A stretch of 64,000 nucleotides of DNA from Pseudomonadota bacterium (GCA_038134595.1 JAYPVM010000001.1:134199-198198), one strand, 5' to 3'; positions 43,417 through 53,449 are shown, counted from the stretch's first letter. Translations and numbers: made by a program. The notes: a model not told the origin generated them from the sequence alone.

Positions 43417-43839
43417 CTAGCTTCTCTGAATGTAATCCTTGGTTCTGTCTAGAAGTGATGTCGCAAAGTCTCTCAGGCCAAAGACGGCTTTTTCAGCTAA
43501 TGGAGGAGCTACCGTTAGCGCCGCTAAACCGCCGAGAGCAACTCCTGCAAGTGGAGTGCCAACAACAGCGGCAACGACAGCGCCCGATAGAACCGCGGCA
43601 GAGGTGCTAGCCCGAGCGATTGATGACAAGATGCTGTCTTTTCCCTTGTCTCCTAGTCGACTTTGTTCGCACAGGTCGTCTGCGATGTTCGAAAATAGAC
43701 TTGAAAATCCTGTAGTATGCTCCAAAATCGCACTCTTTACTGAACCCTGCTCCGGCAAAAAATCATTAACGGTTGGCTCTATCGCCTCACTAAAAATATT
43801 TGGATTCTCGCAGTAGTTATTGATGTTGTTTACGTCCAT
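43417..43839 (-). CDS. Hypothetical protein with Gly/Ala-rich hydrophobic hairpin (140 aa)
   Basis: SD AAGGA; segment AAVLSGAVVAAVVGTPLAGVALGGLAALTVA. Confidence 0.65.
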   Translation of the reverse strand: MDVNNINNYCENPNIFSEAIEPTVNDFLPEQGSVKSAILEHTTGFSSLFSNIADDLCEQSRLGDKGKDSILSSIARASTSAAVLSGAVVAAVVGTPLAGVALGGLAALTVAPPLAEKAVFGLRDFATSLLDRTKDYIQRS

Positions 43840-44196
43840 ATCAAAAGTTCCTTATAGATGGCAGTGTGATAAAAGCTTTCACAACTGTAGTTTCAACCCG
43901 CCGTCGTCTGGATACTCCCCACATATAGAACGAGTCGATGCTAATCACGAGGAAAAAACTTTTACCGATCTGCTTACAGATATTGATTTTTTGTGATCTT
44001 CCTTTTTGGGAAGATACACATCGTGTGATTCGGTACATCGAAAGGTATTAGAATAAAGTTTCCAGTAAACTACAGACCGTCCGAAACAATTAGAGATAAC
44101 TCTCGATAAATCCGCAAATAGGCAGCAAAAAGATCGGAGGAATTCTACGTATATGCGAGGAGATCGTGAAACAAATTTTTAGAAGTTCTGCTAGGG

Positions 44197-45687
44197 GTGG
44201 AGATGGAATCAGTACAGTCGGGCGGTGATGGACTTCGACCTAGCAGTCAGGCAAAGAGCTTTTTGTCGTTTGAACAGGCAGTCGCTCTTGGGGCGTTGCC
44301 CTTGAGAGTCTTCTCGCGAGAGGGTGGCGATGCCTTGCAGGTGGCCGTCTCTGATATGTCAGCTAATCACGTTGAAAAAATTGCATTTGTCTGTGGAATT
44401 GATGTGCTTCCTGAGCGGGTTGAACGAGAGGATTTAGACGGAGCTATTGTCAGAGCTTATCGAGAGGATATCCATCAAGTGCCGTCGGCGGACCCAACTT
44501 TTGTTGACCAACGAGAAGACGATCGACCTGCCTTGCGTGTCGTTGATGGCTCACAGGGAGATATAGCGAAATTTATTGACGGCCTTCTTGAGTTTTGTGC
44601 CGTACGGAGTGCGAGCGATCTGCACTTGACCCCCGAACATCGAGCAGTCGCGGTGCGTGTGCGAATTGATGGATCCATTCGAGATGTCCCGAGTAAGAAT
44701 TATAGCCACCGCATACACGAGCAGATCCTGACAAGGATAAAGGTTAGAGCGGGCCTTGATATTGCCCAAAAGCGCCTTGCACAGGATGGCTCGTTTGTGT
44801 TTCGAGTTGGTAGTCTTGAGCGGAATGCGAGAGTCAGTATTATTCCAAGCCTGTACGGAGAGAGTGTTGTCCTTCGGATTTTATCCGCAAGCGAGACCCC
44901 AGTGCTAGAGCGACTAAATATGGAGCCAAGTACGCTATTGCTGTTGCGCGAAGCGCTGGAAGCTAATGAGGGAATGATATTGCTAACGGGTCCGACAGGA
45001 AGTGGAAAGACTACAACACTGTATGCGCTCGCTTCCGAAGCGCGTAATCGAGGTTTGAACGTTGTGAGCGTCGAGGATCCAATTGAGAATTCGATAGCCG
45101 GAGTGCTTCAGGTGCAAGTAGCAACAAGCCAATCCTTTGATTACCCGGAAGCCATTCGAGCTGTTTTAAGGCACGACCCAGATGTATTACTGATAGGTGA
45201 GATCAGAGACCCTCTGAGTGCGGCAATTGCAGTGCGGGCTTCAACGACAGGGCATCTGACACTCTCCTCTCTGCATGTCGGCTCCTGTATGCAGGTTTTT
45301 AGGCGCTTAGAGCTCTTAAATGTTTTGCCAGTCCACGTGACAGAATCGGTACGGCTGGTTTTGAACCAACGACTACTTCCCCGACTCTGCGATCGGTGCA
45401 AGTCGGAAGATACCGAGAAAACGGCTAGTGATGGCCGGCCATTGTATCGAGCCAATGGATGTCCAGAATGTAAACATACTGGATTTAGACATAGAACACT
45501 GGTAACCGAGGCGCTTGATATGCAGTCCCAACAAGCGAAGGATATAGTGCTCTCGGGCGGTTTTAGGGGCGAATTGATTCATAAGGTGCCCGTAGGCGCT
45601 TATGTGTCGTGGAAGGACGCACTTGAGTATCATGCGAGTAGAGGCGACCTATCAGCAACACAGCTAGACAGCTTTTCTGCTTTGTAA
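44197..45687 (+). CDS. GspE/PilB-family secretion or pilus assembly ATPase
   Basis: ASDLHL, VRIDG, GPTGSGKTTT, SVEDPIE, LRHDPDVLLIGEIRD, TGHL and two CxxC motifs. Confidence 0.93.
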   Translation: MEMESVQSGGDGLRPSSQAKSFLSFEQAVALGALPLRVFSREGGDALQVAVSDMSANHVEKIAFVCGIDVLPERVEREDLDGAIVRAYREDIHQVPSADPTFVDQREDDRPALRVVDGSQGDIAKFIDGLLEFCAVRSASDLHLTPEHRAVAVRVRIDGSIRDVPSKNYSHRIHEQILTRIKVRAGLDIAQKRLAQDGSFVFRVGSLERNARVSIIPSLYGESVVLRILSASETPVLERLNMEPSTLLLLREALEANEGMILLTGPTGSGKTTTLYALASEARNRGLNVVSVEDPIENSIAGVLQVQVATSQSFDYPEAIRAVLRHDPDVLLIGEIRDPLSAAIAVRASTTGHLTLSSLHVGSCMQVFRRLELLNVLPVHVTESVRLVLNQRLLPRLCDRCKSEDTEKTASDGRPLYRANGCPECKHTGFRHRTLVTEALDMQSQQAKDIVLSGGFRGELIHKVPVGAYVSWKDALEYHASRGDLSATQLDSFSAL

Positions 45688-45764
45688 GTAATAGAAATTA
45701 CGGTCTGTATGGCAGATTAAAAATCTATATCCGCGACAAAAATACCCCGCTATAATCGGTTTCT

Positions 45765-46256
45765 ATGAGCAATGAAAACGATAGGCTTCGACCCAACGTG
45801 TGTATTCTTCTGTACAATGCTGAGCGCAAACTGCTTCTTGGAGAGCGTTTGGGAGAGGCTGGGCACTGGCAGTTTCCGCAGGGCGGAATAGATAAGCCCG
45901 ATACGCCGGAGAGGGCAGTGGTGCGCGAAATTTATGAAGAACTCGGAGTTGAAGAGCACTTGCTCGGGAGGATCGAAGCGTTGAATGTAACACATACATA
46001 TCTATGGGATACGGTACCGGACTATGCGGTTGGGCGTTGGATCGGCCAGGCTCAAACATTTTGGTCCGTAGAATTTCTTGGTGCTGATACAGATATCGTT
46101 CTCGAACGACATGACACTCCCGAATTTCAAGCATGGCAGTGGTGTTCGTCTTTCGCCGTTGAGCAGATTGCTGCAGAGAAGAGGCGAGATGGATATAAGA
46201 AGGCTTTAAGAGCGTTTGAGGCAACTGTTGAACGGGTGGATTCTGGAAAATCTTAG
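45765..46256 (+). CDS. rppH: RNA pyrophosphohydrolase (Nudix)
   Basis: RPNV, WQFPQGGID, REIYEELG, GQAQTFW, PEF. Confidence 0.88.
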   Translation: MSNENDRLRPNVCILLYNAERKLLLGERLGEAGHWQFPQGGIDKPDTPERAVVREIYEELGVEEHLLGRIEALNVTHTYLWDTVPDYAVGRWIGQAQTFWSVEFLGADTDIVLERHDTPEFQAWQWCSSFAVEQIAAEKRRDGYKKALRAFEATVERVDSGKS

Positions 46257-46378
46257 TGCAGCAAAGCAGTGCGCACAGATGCGTGCGTTGTGGCATCTGA
46301 TGTATGTTTAAGCGGTTTAAAAAAATTGAGCGTTTCCACGTTCCGTAGTAAGTTTGACAATTCGACGAGGAGTGACGC

Positions 46379-48100
46379 ATGACAGAGAAGAGGCAGACCC
46401 GAGCAGACCAAGTTTTTAAAAAGATCCGACTTCGGAATCACGATGTCGAAGTAGCAGATCGTATTGCTGAGGCTATGAAGATTAATCCCGTAGTGGGAAG
46501 GATTTTGGCCGCGCGGGGCTTTACACCGGGAAAGGAGTTAGAGGATTTCATCTCTCCTACATTGCGAAACGGTTTGCCAGATCCTGAAACGCTCAAGAAT
46601 TTACCGCAAGCCGCCCATATGATCGCGCAATGTCACAGAGCGGGAAAGTCGATTGCAATTTGTTGTGATTTCGATGTCGACGGACTCTCGGGTGGATCGG
46701 TTGTACATGACTTTTTCAATGCCGTCGGTATTGTGTCGAAGGTTTTTGTTCCAGACCGCTTTGTCGATGGGTATGGATTAAATGCGAAGACTGTGGAATC
46801 TATTGCCAAGGAGAAGTTTGGGCTTCTTCTTACAATTGATTTTGGAACTACAAATGTAAAAGAGTTGGCTCTAGCCAAGGAATTAGGTCTTCAAACTGTT
46901 GTGGTAGATCATCATCATATTAGTGATGATCCTCCTCCTGCAGATGTTTTCATCAACCCTCATCAAACAGGCTGTGGTTTTGCAAAGGGTATCGCATGTG
47001 CGGCGGGCCTTGCATGGTACCTAGTTCTCGGACTTGCTCGAGAACTAAAGCTTGAAGGGTTTAATGCCAAAGAATATCTAGATTTGGCGTGTTTAGGAAC
47101 TATTTGCGACATGGTTCCTCTAATAGGTGTGAATCGGGTAATAGCGAAGCGAGGGCTTGAGGCTCTGTCAGAATCGAGACGCCCAGGACTTCGAGCGTTA
47201 AAAAATGTAATGGGAGTGCGCGGGAACGTGGGTTGCGCTGATGTTTCATTTGGAATTGGGCCTAGGCTCAATGCCGCTGGTCGGATTGTTCACGGTGAGC
47301 TGGTAGTTGAGCTATTAACGACGAGTAATACTGCGCGAGCTGAGAAATTAGCTGGACAACTTAACAAACTTAATACTGAACGACAGTCGATTGAGGGCGC
47401 TGTTAAGGAACAAGCGATACATCAGATTGAAAATCTCGGTACGTTGCCAAGTGGTCTCGTTGCATGGCATGAGGATTTTCATACAGGAGTTATTGGAATC
47501 GTTGCGCAAAGATTAGTTGAGCATTTCTACAGACCCGCGGCGGTAATGGGTATGGATAGCGAAGGGATTTGGAAGGGATCTGTTCGTGGAATTAAGGGCT
47601 TTAGCGTAATTGATGCGCTAGGTTCGGTGCGGGAGCATTTGATAAAATTTGGGGGACATGAGGGAGCTGGCGGCTTTTCTGTTGCGGCCGAAAATGTTGA
47701 GCGGTTTCGGGATGCATTCGTTCGTGAGTGTGAAAAACGTCTTGTAGACATTGAAACAGTTCCATACGTCGATGCGGATACTGAGGCTTCTCTTAACGAA
47801 TGCACCGTCCCACTCGTTCGAGAGCTTGGAAGTCTAGCTCCGTTTGGTATGGGGAATCCATCACCAGTGCTATTAATTCGAGACCTCTTGGTAAAGGAGA
47901 TCCGTGTATTGAAAGATGCTCATCTTAAAGTTCTTTTGAGCGATGGTAAAAGATTTATTACCGGACTCATGTGGAGACATACATCTCATCCTGCACTTGT
48001 TGAGGGTAAGCGAGTTTCTATTGCATGTAAGCCCGACATTAATTCATTCAATGGTGCTAACGAAGTACAAGCAATACTTCAGGCCGTGGAAGAAGTATGA
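46379..48100 (+). CDS. recJ: ssDNA 5'-3' exonuclease RecJ
   Basis: DFDVDG, PDRFVDGYG, VDHH, PRLNAAGR, FGGHEGAGG, APFGMGNP. Confidence 0.96.
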   Translation: MTEKRQTRADQVFKKIRLRNHDVEVADRIAEAMKINPVVGRILAARGFTPGKELEDFISPTLRNGLPDPETLKNLPQAAHMIAQCHRAGKSIAICCDFDVDGLSGGSVVHDFFNAVGIVSKVFVPDRFVDGYGLNAKTVESIAKEKFGLLLTIDFGTTNVKELALAKELGLQTVVVDHHHISDDPPPADVFINPHQTGCGFAKGIACAAGLAWYLVLGLARELKLEGFNAKEYLDLACLGTICDMVPLIGVNRVIAKRGLEALSESRRPGLRALKNVMGVRGNVGCADVSFGIGPRLNAAGRIVHGELVVELLTTSNTARAEKLAGQLNKLNTERQSIEGAVKEQAIHQIENLGTLPSGLVAWHEDFHTGVIGIVAQRLVEHFYRPAAVMGMDSEGIWKGSVRGIKGFSVIDALGSVREHLIKFGGHEGAGGFSVAAENVERFRDAFVRECEKRLVDIETVPYVDADTEASLNECTVPLVRELGSLAPFGMGNPSPVLLIRDLLVKEIRVLKDAHLKVLLSDGKRFITGLMWRHTSHPALVEGKRVSIACKPDINSFNGANEVQAILQAVEEV

Positions 48101-48166
48101 GCAGTACTATTTTTATTCCCGCTTTTTTTTGCGAAAGAATTTAAAAATAAAGAAAGTGTCGACTCA

Positions 48167-48919
48167 TTAGGATTCGCTTACCACATGCTTTATCTTATCT
48201 TCGAGAGAATCGATGATAGAAGCCATGCTCGTGGCGGCTCTTTGAATCGCCGAGAGAGCTTCCTCTGCCGTGCTAGAAAGCTCTGAGCTCGAGGTTGCTA
48301 CAAATGCCATTGCAACGATCTCTTGTAGTGGATTGTTGAGGTCGTTTCGTATGTCTGCTCCTAGAAGCGCCAAAGCGTTTTTATTTCGGGGGACGGGCAT
48401 ACCGACAGATGACCTTTGAGTCACACGGCGAAGTTCGATAAATCGATATCCCGGATGGGCGCTTATCACGTCTCGTGTCGTTGAGAGTTCGCTTAAAATA
48501 AGCAGTTCGGGTGGAGAGGAAACGTTACTTAGTGAAGAATGGATTTGACTAGCCGTTCCATCAGGTAGGGTTGCACTGGAAATAATCACATCTATCTGCC
48601 GCTTTCCTACTATCCAAAGCGCTATTTGAACCGTGGGTGCAAATAAAATCGTGCAGTCAGGAATTGTCTCGGTTAGCTCAAGGGTTACCGTCTCAGCCAT
48701 AGTATGACTGGCATTGACTACGAGCACGGTGGGCCCGTTCTTAGAAACACCCGCTCTGTTACTTTTAACTGAGGATTCGGAAAGACATGTGGTGTGTGGA
48801 TCCGACGGTATAGGACTAGATGTAATAATTCTTATATCAGATGTTTCAACGACTTCTTTAATCGCTTTGTCGTGGGTGAGGCTTACCGTTTTTCTCCTCA
48901 CGCGTGGTATTGTCGCCAT
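48167..48919 (-). CDS. Degenerate receiver domain fused to a HisKA-like helix pair (likely start ATG 48919)
   Basis: VLVVNAS...DVIISSATLPDG is receiver-like; IRNDLNNPLQEI is H-box-like; SD GAGG before ATG. Confidence 0.7.
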   Translation of the reverse strand: MATIPRVRRKTVSLTHDKAIKEVVETSDIRIITSSPIPSDPHTTCLSESSVKSNRAGVSKNGPTVLVVNASHTMAETVTLELTETIPDCTILFAPTVQIALWIVGKRQIDVIISSATLPDGTASQIHSSLSNVSSPPELLILSELSTTRDVISAHPGYRFIELRRVTQRSSVGMPVPRNKNALALLGADIRNDLNNPLQEIVAMAFVATSSSELSSTAEEALSAIQRAATSMASIIDSLEDKIKHVVSES

Positions 48920-49137
48920 CTTTAAAAACCTCTTCTTACAGCACTCCAAGGGATAGGATGAGGAGCAGAGGCAGAAAGATTCGAGAAAATACACACCTGT
49001 TGCCAAAAAAGAGCGATGTTTTTAAGCCGCTTAAGGATATTTTTTGCGACATCAGGTTTGTTGTGACTATTAACTCTCTGTAGGGCCAGGCAGGTGCACA
49101 ATGCAGGTTAACGGTGTGTGGTGGTCTTGTCGCTGCA

Positions 49138-50808
49138 TTATTGTTCCCGTCTTTTTTTCGACTTCTTTCGCCGCTTCATGCTTTGAGGGCGTTTTAATAT
49201 CGAGGGCGTTACAAGCTCCTCTTCCTGAGCTTGGAGCTCTAGGTTGCTTACCAATACCGCTGGGGAGATTGTTGAGATGGGCAGAAGACCAGACTCTGCT
49301 CCGCAGAATCCGTTGTCGAGCTCGGGATCGTCGCCAACGGCTATGATATTGTTTAAGGATTGGAGCGGGGTGCCGACAAAGTTTACCCCTCTGATACAGA
49401 CCTCTTTGCCACTGGGATAGAGAAGAGCGGCATGTGTAACGTCTCCTGAAAAACCTTGAAAGTCGTAGGTTGAAGTATCAGTTTCGCCTCCGTTGGTTTC
49501 ATAGACAATCATTCCAAACGGTTTATTTTGTCGCTTGATTTCCTCAATAAGCTTCTTCTTTAAGGTAGCGAGAGGGTCACCGCATGCGGCTTCAACGATG
49601 GTAACCGCCATTCTGCTTATCGGACGTTGCTCGGCCTTTGTTCGGGCGTGTCCGTTTGATATGTGTCGACCCTTCTTTAAAGCGGCTCGGGTGGAGAGGT
49701 AATCCTTTAAGACCCCCTTTTCTACCAACACAACATCCTCTGCTTTGGAACCCTCGTCGTCATAGGTATAGGCACCGATACAACGCTGGCCTTTAAACGA
49801 GCGCTTAAGTGGATTGTCACGGATTGTTATTGGTAGGGGAAGAATTTTCTTTCCAACGTGTCCCTTAAATGTTTGACCCTCTCCCGTGGAGAGCAGGCGA
49901 CTACCTTCGAGGCGATGGCCGACCGCTTCGTGGAACAAGAGACCCGCTGGCCCTGGATAGAGTAATACTGGGCCAGAAAAAGCGTGGATTTTTTTGGCCC
50001 TCGCTTTTTTAATGAGTATCTCATACTTTTGCATGAGAAGTTTTTTAAAGCTTCTCATGTCGGGCATTTCAGATAGGGCCCCGCAGTTGATTACAAGGTC
50101 TTGCTCGAGACGCACACCATCTTTTGTTAATTTATGAATGTTTGCGGTGAGAGAAAAAACTTGGCTGTTTTGTGCAGTAACGGTCCCCTCGCTATTTACA
50201 AATACCCGAGTCTCTTGTGATGCATCAAATTCAACCCAGCCGCCCGATATCTTTGGAAGCTCAGATATCCATGCAGAGGCGCGTTTGCAGAATCTGTTCC
50301 ACGTCTCATGGGGAACTCTATCCATACGGGAAAGTTGCCGATGAAGGACTCTCTTGCTCTTCGTAAACGAATGTAGGCCGTGATTCGGATCCGGTGTTCG
50401 AATGCGGGTAGCCTCCTTATCGTTGTAGTCCATGAGGGCCTCTCGGAACTTGCTCTCAAGAAGCTTCCAGATGGTTAGACGGAGGCCGTCGTAGTCTTTG
50501 TCATCGATCGGAGCAGTGGTGTGACTAAAGGAATCGAGATCTTCATCGAGCTCTATAAGTCCTCCTTCAGTGACCTGATCGTACTTATATGAACCGACCC
50601 TCAGATCGCAGTAGAGGTTTCGCGTTCGGTCTTGCTGTACTCGGCATATAGAACCACTACTGGCCCAGGTATTAAACCAGTGTGTGTCTTTGAGCAGTAG
50701 TGAGCAGTAATACGGCTTGGGGAAGCCGGGTACAGCCATCGAGAGAGAACGTCTGATGTCTCTTTTGAGGATAGGGATTAAGTTTTCAACGGTCGATTTA
50801 TTAAGCAT
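49138..50808 (-). CDS. TldD/PmbA family metalloprotease
   Basis: LFHEAVGHRLE, YDDEG, SNGHAR, RMA and GFCG (Cys ligand). Confidence 0.9.
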   Translation of the reverse strand: MLNKSTVENLIPILKRDIRRSLSMAVPGFPKPYYCSLLLKDTHWFNTWASSGSICRVQQDRTRNLYCDLRVGSYKYDQVTEGGLIELDEDLDSFSHTTAPIDDKDYDGLRLTIWKLLESKFREALMDYNDKEATRIRTPDPNHGLHSFTKSKRVLHRQLSRMDRVPHETWNRFCKRASAWISELPKISGGWVEFDASQETRVFVNSEGTVTAQNSQVFSLTANIHKLTKDGVRLEQDLVINCGALSEMPDMRSFKKLLMQKYEILIKKARAKKIHAFSGPVLLYPGPAGLLFHEAVGHRLEGSRLLSTGEGQTFKGHVGKKILPLPITIRDNPLKRSFKGQRCIGAYTYDDEGSKAEDVVLVEKGVLKDYLSTRAALKKGRHISNGHARTKAEQRPISRMAVTIVEAACGDPLATLKKKLIEEIKRQNKPFGMIVYETNGGETDTSTYDFQGFSGDVTHAALLYPSGKEVCIRGVNFVGTPLQSLNNIIAVGDDPELDNGFCGAESGLLPISTISPAVLVSNLELQAQEEELVTPSILKRPQSMKRRKKSKKRREQ

Positions 50809-50958
50809 ATCTATTTAGAGTAGGGGATCGGGGCTGAAAGCTCAAATAGGACAAGCTACAGTAAATCGATGTAATTACAATGGGTTGCGCGATAAATTTC
50901 TTGAGTCTGGTTGGATAAAAATAAAAAATAGTTTTCACTTGCACCAATATGCCACACG

Positions 50959-50978
50959 TTATCAACAGGTTTTCCACA
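50959..50978 (+). promoter_or_regulatory. Tandem DnaA-box pair
   Basis: TTATCAACA 50959-50967 and TTTTCCACA 50970-50978, intergenic. Confidence 0.5.
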
Positions 50979-51170
50979 GAATGGGATGTGTCGATTAGTC
51001 TTAAACTAACGGAGTAGTGAGAACCGCTAGTATGATGGATATATACGACAATAGTCTTCGAGTGAAAAAAGCTCGAGCGGTTGTAATGGTCATGAAAGGG
51101 GCGAGGAGAGAGTAAGAATCAGGCCTTAAGATTCCAATTCCTCTGATAGATGGAGTGGGGCAGTCTGTTA

Positions 51171-52559
51171 TTAGGATATTCTATACTCCTTTAGTTTATA
51201 GAGAAGTGTACGGTGACTAATCTCAAGAAGCCGCGCTGCTCTTGTCCGATTTCCGTCGGTTTCAGCAAGTGCCTTTTTAATGAGGGACTCTTCGATATGA
51301 GCAGTGTGTTCCTTAATCGAGAGGCTGTCGGTAAGTGTATTTGCGCCCGATGCGAGATGGGTGTTTTCTGCGATATGCTGCGGTAGCGAAGTTGTCTGGA
51401 GCGAATCTCCATCTGAAAGTACAAGCGCGCGTTCCAAACAGTTCTCCAGCTCCCGAGCGTTGCCAGGCCACGGATAGGTTAGAAGGGCTTTAAAGACATC
51501 GGTATTTACATGTTTTGGTGGTATGCCAAGGCGAACTGCATGCTTTTGAATAAAATACTCGACTAAAAGGCTGATATCCTCAGGCCTCTCTCGGAGGGGC
51601 GGTAGGTGAATTGAAATTACATTAAGTCGGTACAAAAGATCGTCTCTAAATCTTCCGTTCGCCATCTCCTGCTGTAGGTCGCGTAGTGTTGCGGAGATGA
51701 TTCGGACATTGATTGAGATCGACTGCTCGTCACCGACTCTTCGTATGCTTTGCTCTTGTAGGGCGCGTAATATCTTTACCTGTAGGTGAAGTGGCAGGTC
51801 TCCTACCTCATCGAGAAAGAGCGTTCCACCATCTGCTTCCTCGAAGAGTCCTCGTTTATCACGAGAGGCATCAGTAAAGGCTCCTTTTTTATGACCAAAA
51901 AGCTCTGATTCAATAAGGTTTTCGGGAATAGCTCCACAGTTAATAGCTACAAAAGGACCGTCTTTGCGTGGAGAAGTGTCGTGAATTGCTTTAGCTATGA
52001 GCTCTTTTCCGGTTCCTGACTCGCCAGTGATGAGCACCGTGCTGTTGAAGGGGGCCAGTCGTCTGATGATGTCGAAGATATCGAGAAAGCTCTGACTTTT
52101 TGCGATGATGTTGTGAAACGAGTGCTTGCCCGAGAGTGTGTCCCGAAGTTGTTTGTTCTCTCTTTGTAAAGCTATATGTTGTTCAAATCGTTGGAGTGTA
52201 AAGAGCAAATCGTCGGGGAATATTGGTTTTCGAATGTAATCAAACGCCCCACAAGAGGCTGCTTTGGTAGCAATATCCTCGGTGCTGTATGCCGTCATTA
52301 ATATGATGGGGACCTTACCTGCAAATTGTTCGAGAACTTCTAGGCCCGAAAGACCGGGGAGTTTTAAATCACATAAAACAAGGTCAAAGGGCCGTCTCTC
52401 GAGATGTTCAAGGGCGGCGCTGCCAGAATTGGCAGAGGTTGTTTTGTATCCGAGTGTTGCGAGTACATCCTGTAGCGACTTATTGACGGTCTCATCGTCG
52501 TCAACGATCAAGATATGGCGATCGTTTCCAATAGTAGTTGCTAGTTGTTCGGTGGTCAC
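51171..52559 (-). CDS. Sigma54-dependent NtrC/AtoC-family response regulator (start reassigned to GTG 52559)
   Basis: Receiver (ILIVDDD, CDLKLPG), GESGTGKE, GAFTDA, WPGNARELEN and Fis HTH. GTGA overlap with the pilD stop and SD GGAGG. Confidence 0.93.
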   Translation of the reverse strand: MTTEQLATTIGNDRHILIVDDDETVNKSLQDVLATLGYKTTSANSGSAALEHLERRPFDLVLCDLKLPGLSGLEVLEQFAGKVPIILMTAYSTEDIATKAASCGAFDYIRKPIFPDDLLFTLQRFEQHIALQRENKQLRDTLSGKHSFHNIIAKSQSFLDIFDIIRRLAPFNSTVLITGESGTGKELIAKAIHDTSPRKDGPFVAINCGAIPENLIESELFGHKKGAFTDASRDKRGLFEEADGGTLFLDEVGDLPLHLQVKILRALQEQSIRRVGDEQSISINVRIISATLRDLQQEMANGRFRDDLLYRLNVISIHLPPLRERPEDISLLVEYFIQKHAVRLGIPPKHVNTDVFKALLTYPWPGNARELENCLERALVLSDGDSLQTTSLPQHIAENTHLASGANTLTDSLSIKEHTAHIEESLIKKALAETDGNRTRAARLLEISHRTLLYKLKEYRIS

Positions 52560-53449
52560 TGAAGCATCCTCCAGTGTGTCCCTGTAGTTGGATCCATTAG
52601 GTAGCCTATCAAGGAGCCTACGTTTAAGATGTATAGGATCGCCGCAAATGCTAAATACGGGCCAAAGGGGATATAGACATCCATTGAGCGTCGTTTTATC
52701 AGCATAAGCGCGATGCTTATAAATGATCCAAAGATCGATCCTACGAAAATAACGGCAAGTGAGCATTGATAACCGAACAGTGCGCCTAGCATCGCAAGTA
52801 GTTTGATGTCACCTAACCCCATGCCTTCTCGTTTGCGCACTACAAGATAGAGCCACCAGATGGCATAAAGGAGCCCGGCTCCAAAAATAATCCCATAGAT
52901 TGAGTCAGTAAATGAACTCACAAATGGGTGTTCCAACGGAAATCCAACTGAGCTCTCTGGCGTAACGTCACTTAATCCTCCAAGAAGAAGGCCGAGCGCA
53001 GTGCCGGGATACGTAATTTTGTCGGGGATTATCATATAATCAAGGTCGATAAGGGTAATTACGACAAGGCTACAGATGACAAGAAAAGCTGTGACGCCCG
53101 TAAGAGAGATTCCAAATCTGAGGTAACACAGTACCGCAAGAATTCCCGTAAGGAACTCAACCAGAGGATACCTAGAAGAGATATGCGCTTTACACGAGGC
53201 GCAGCGACCGCGTTGTAATATCCACGATACGATAGGCACAACTTCTTGCCATGAAAGCGTTGCTCTACATGCGGGACAAAATGAACGCTTGGGAGATGAG
53301 ATGGTTATGTCCTCACCGAGTTCTGGGACCCCCTCACGGGTTGGTTCATAGATCCCCATTGGCATACGAAAGCCACAGACGCCAAGAAAGCTTCCAATAA
53401 TCGTTCCCAGGATAAAGATAAAGATAGCTGTTGTTATAAGAGGTGTCAT
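52556..53449 (-). CDS. pilD: Prepilin peptidase (A24)
   Basis: GSFL, RSFCPAC, GRCASC, RYPLVE, IDLD, GMGLGDIKL, PFGPYL. Confidence 0.95.
   Translation of the reverse strand: MTPLITTAIFIFILGTIIGSFLGVCGFRMPMGIYEPTREGVPELGEDITISSPKRSFCPACRATLSWQEVVPIVSWILQRGRCASCKAHISSRYPLVEFLTGILAVLCYLRFGISLTGVTAFLVICSLVVITLIDLDYMIIPDKITYPGTALGLLLGGLSDVTPESSVGFPLEHPFVSSFTDSIYGIIFGAGLLYAIWWLYLVVRKREGMGLGDIKLLAMLGALFGYQCSLAVIFVGSIFGSFISIALMLIKRRSMDVYIPFGPYLAFAAILYILNVGSLIGYLMDPTTGTHWRMLQ

Noticed and set aside
50940..50955. Sigma54 promoter-like TGGCAT...TGCA on the minus strand
   Set aside because: GG-to-GC spacing is 9 nt instead of the required 10.
52560..52766. N-terminal 69-aa extension of the sigma54 regulator in the ORF track
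   Set aside because: It overlaps pilD; the SD and GTGA coupling point to a start at 52559.
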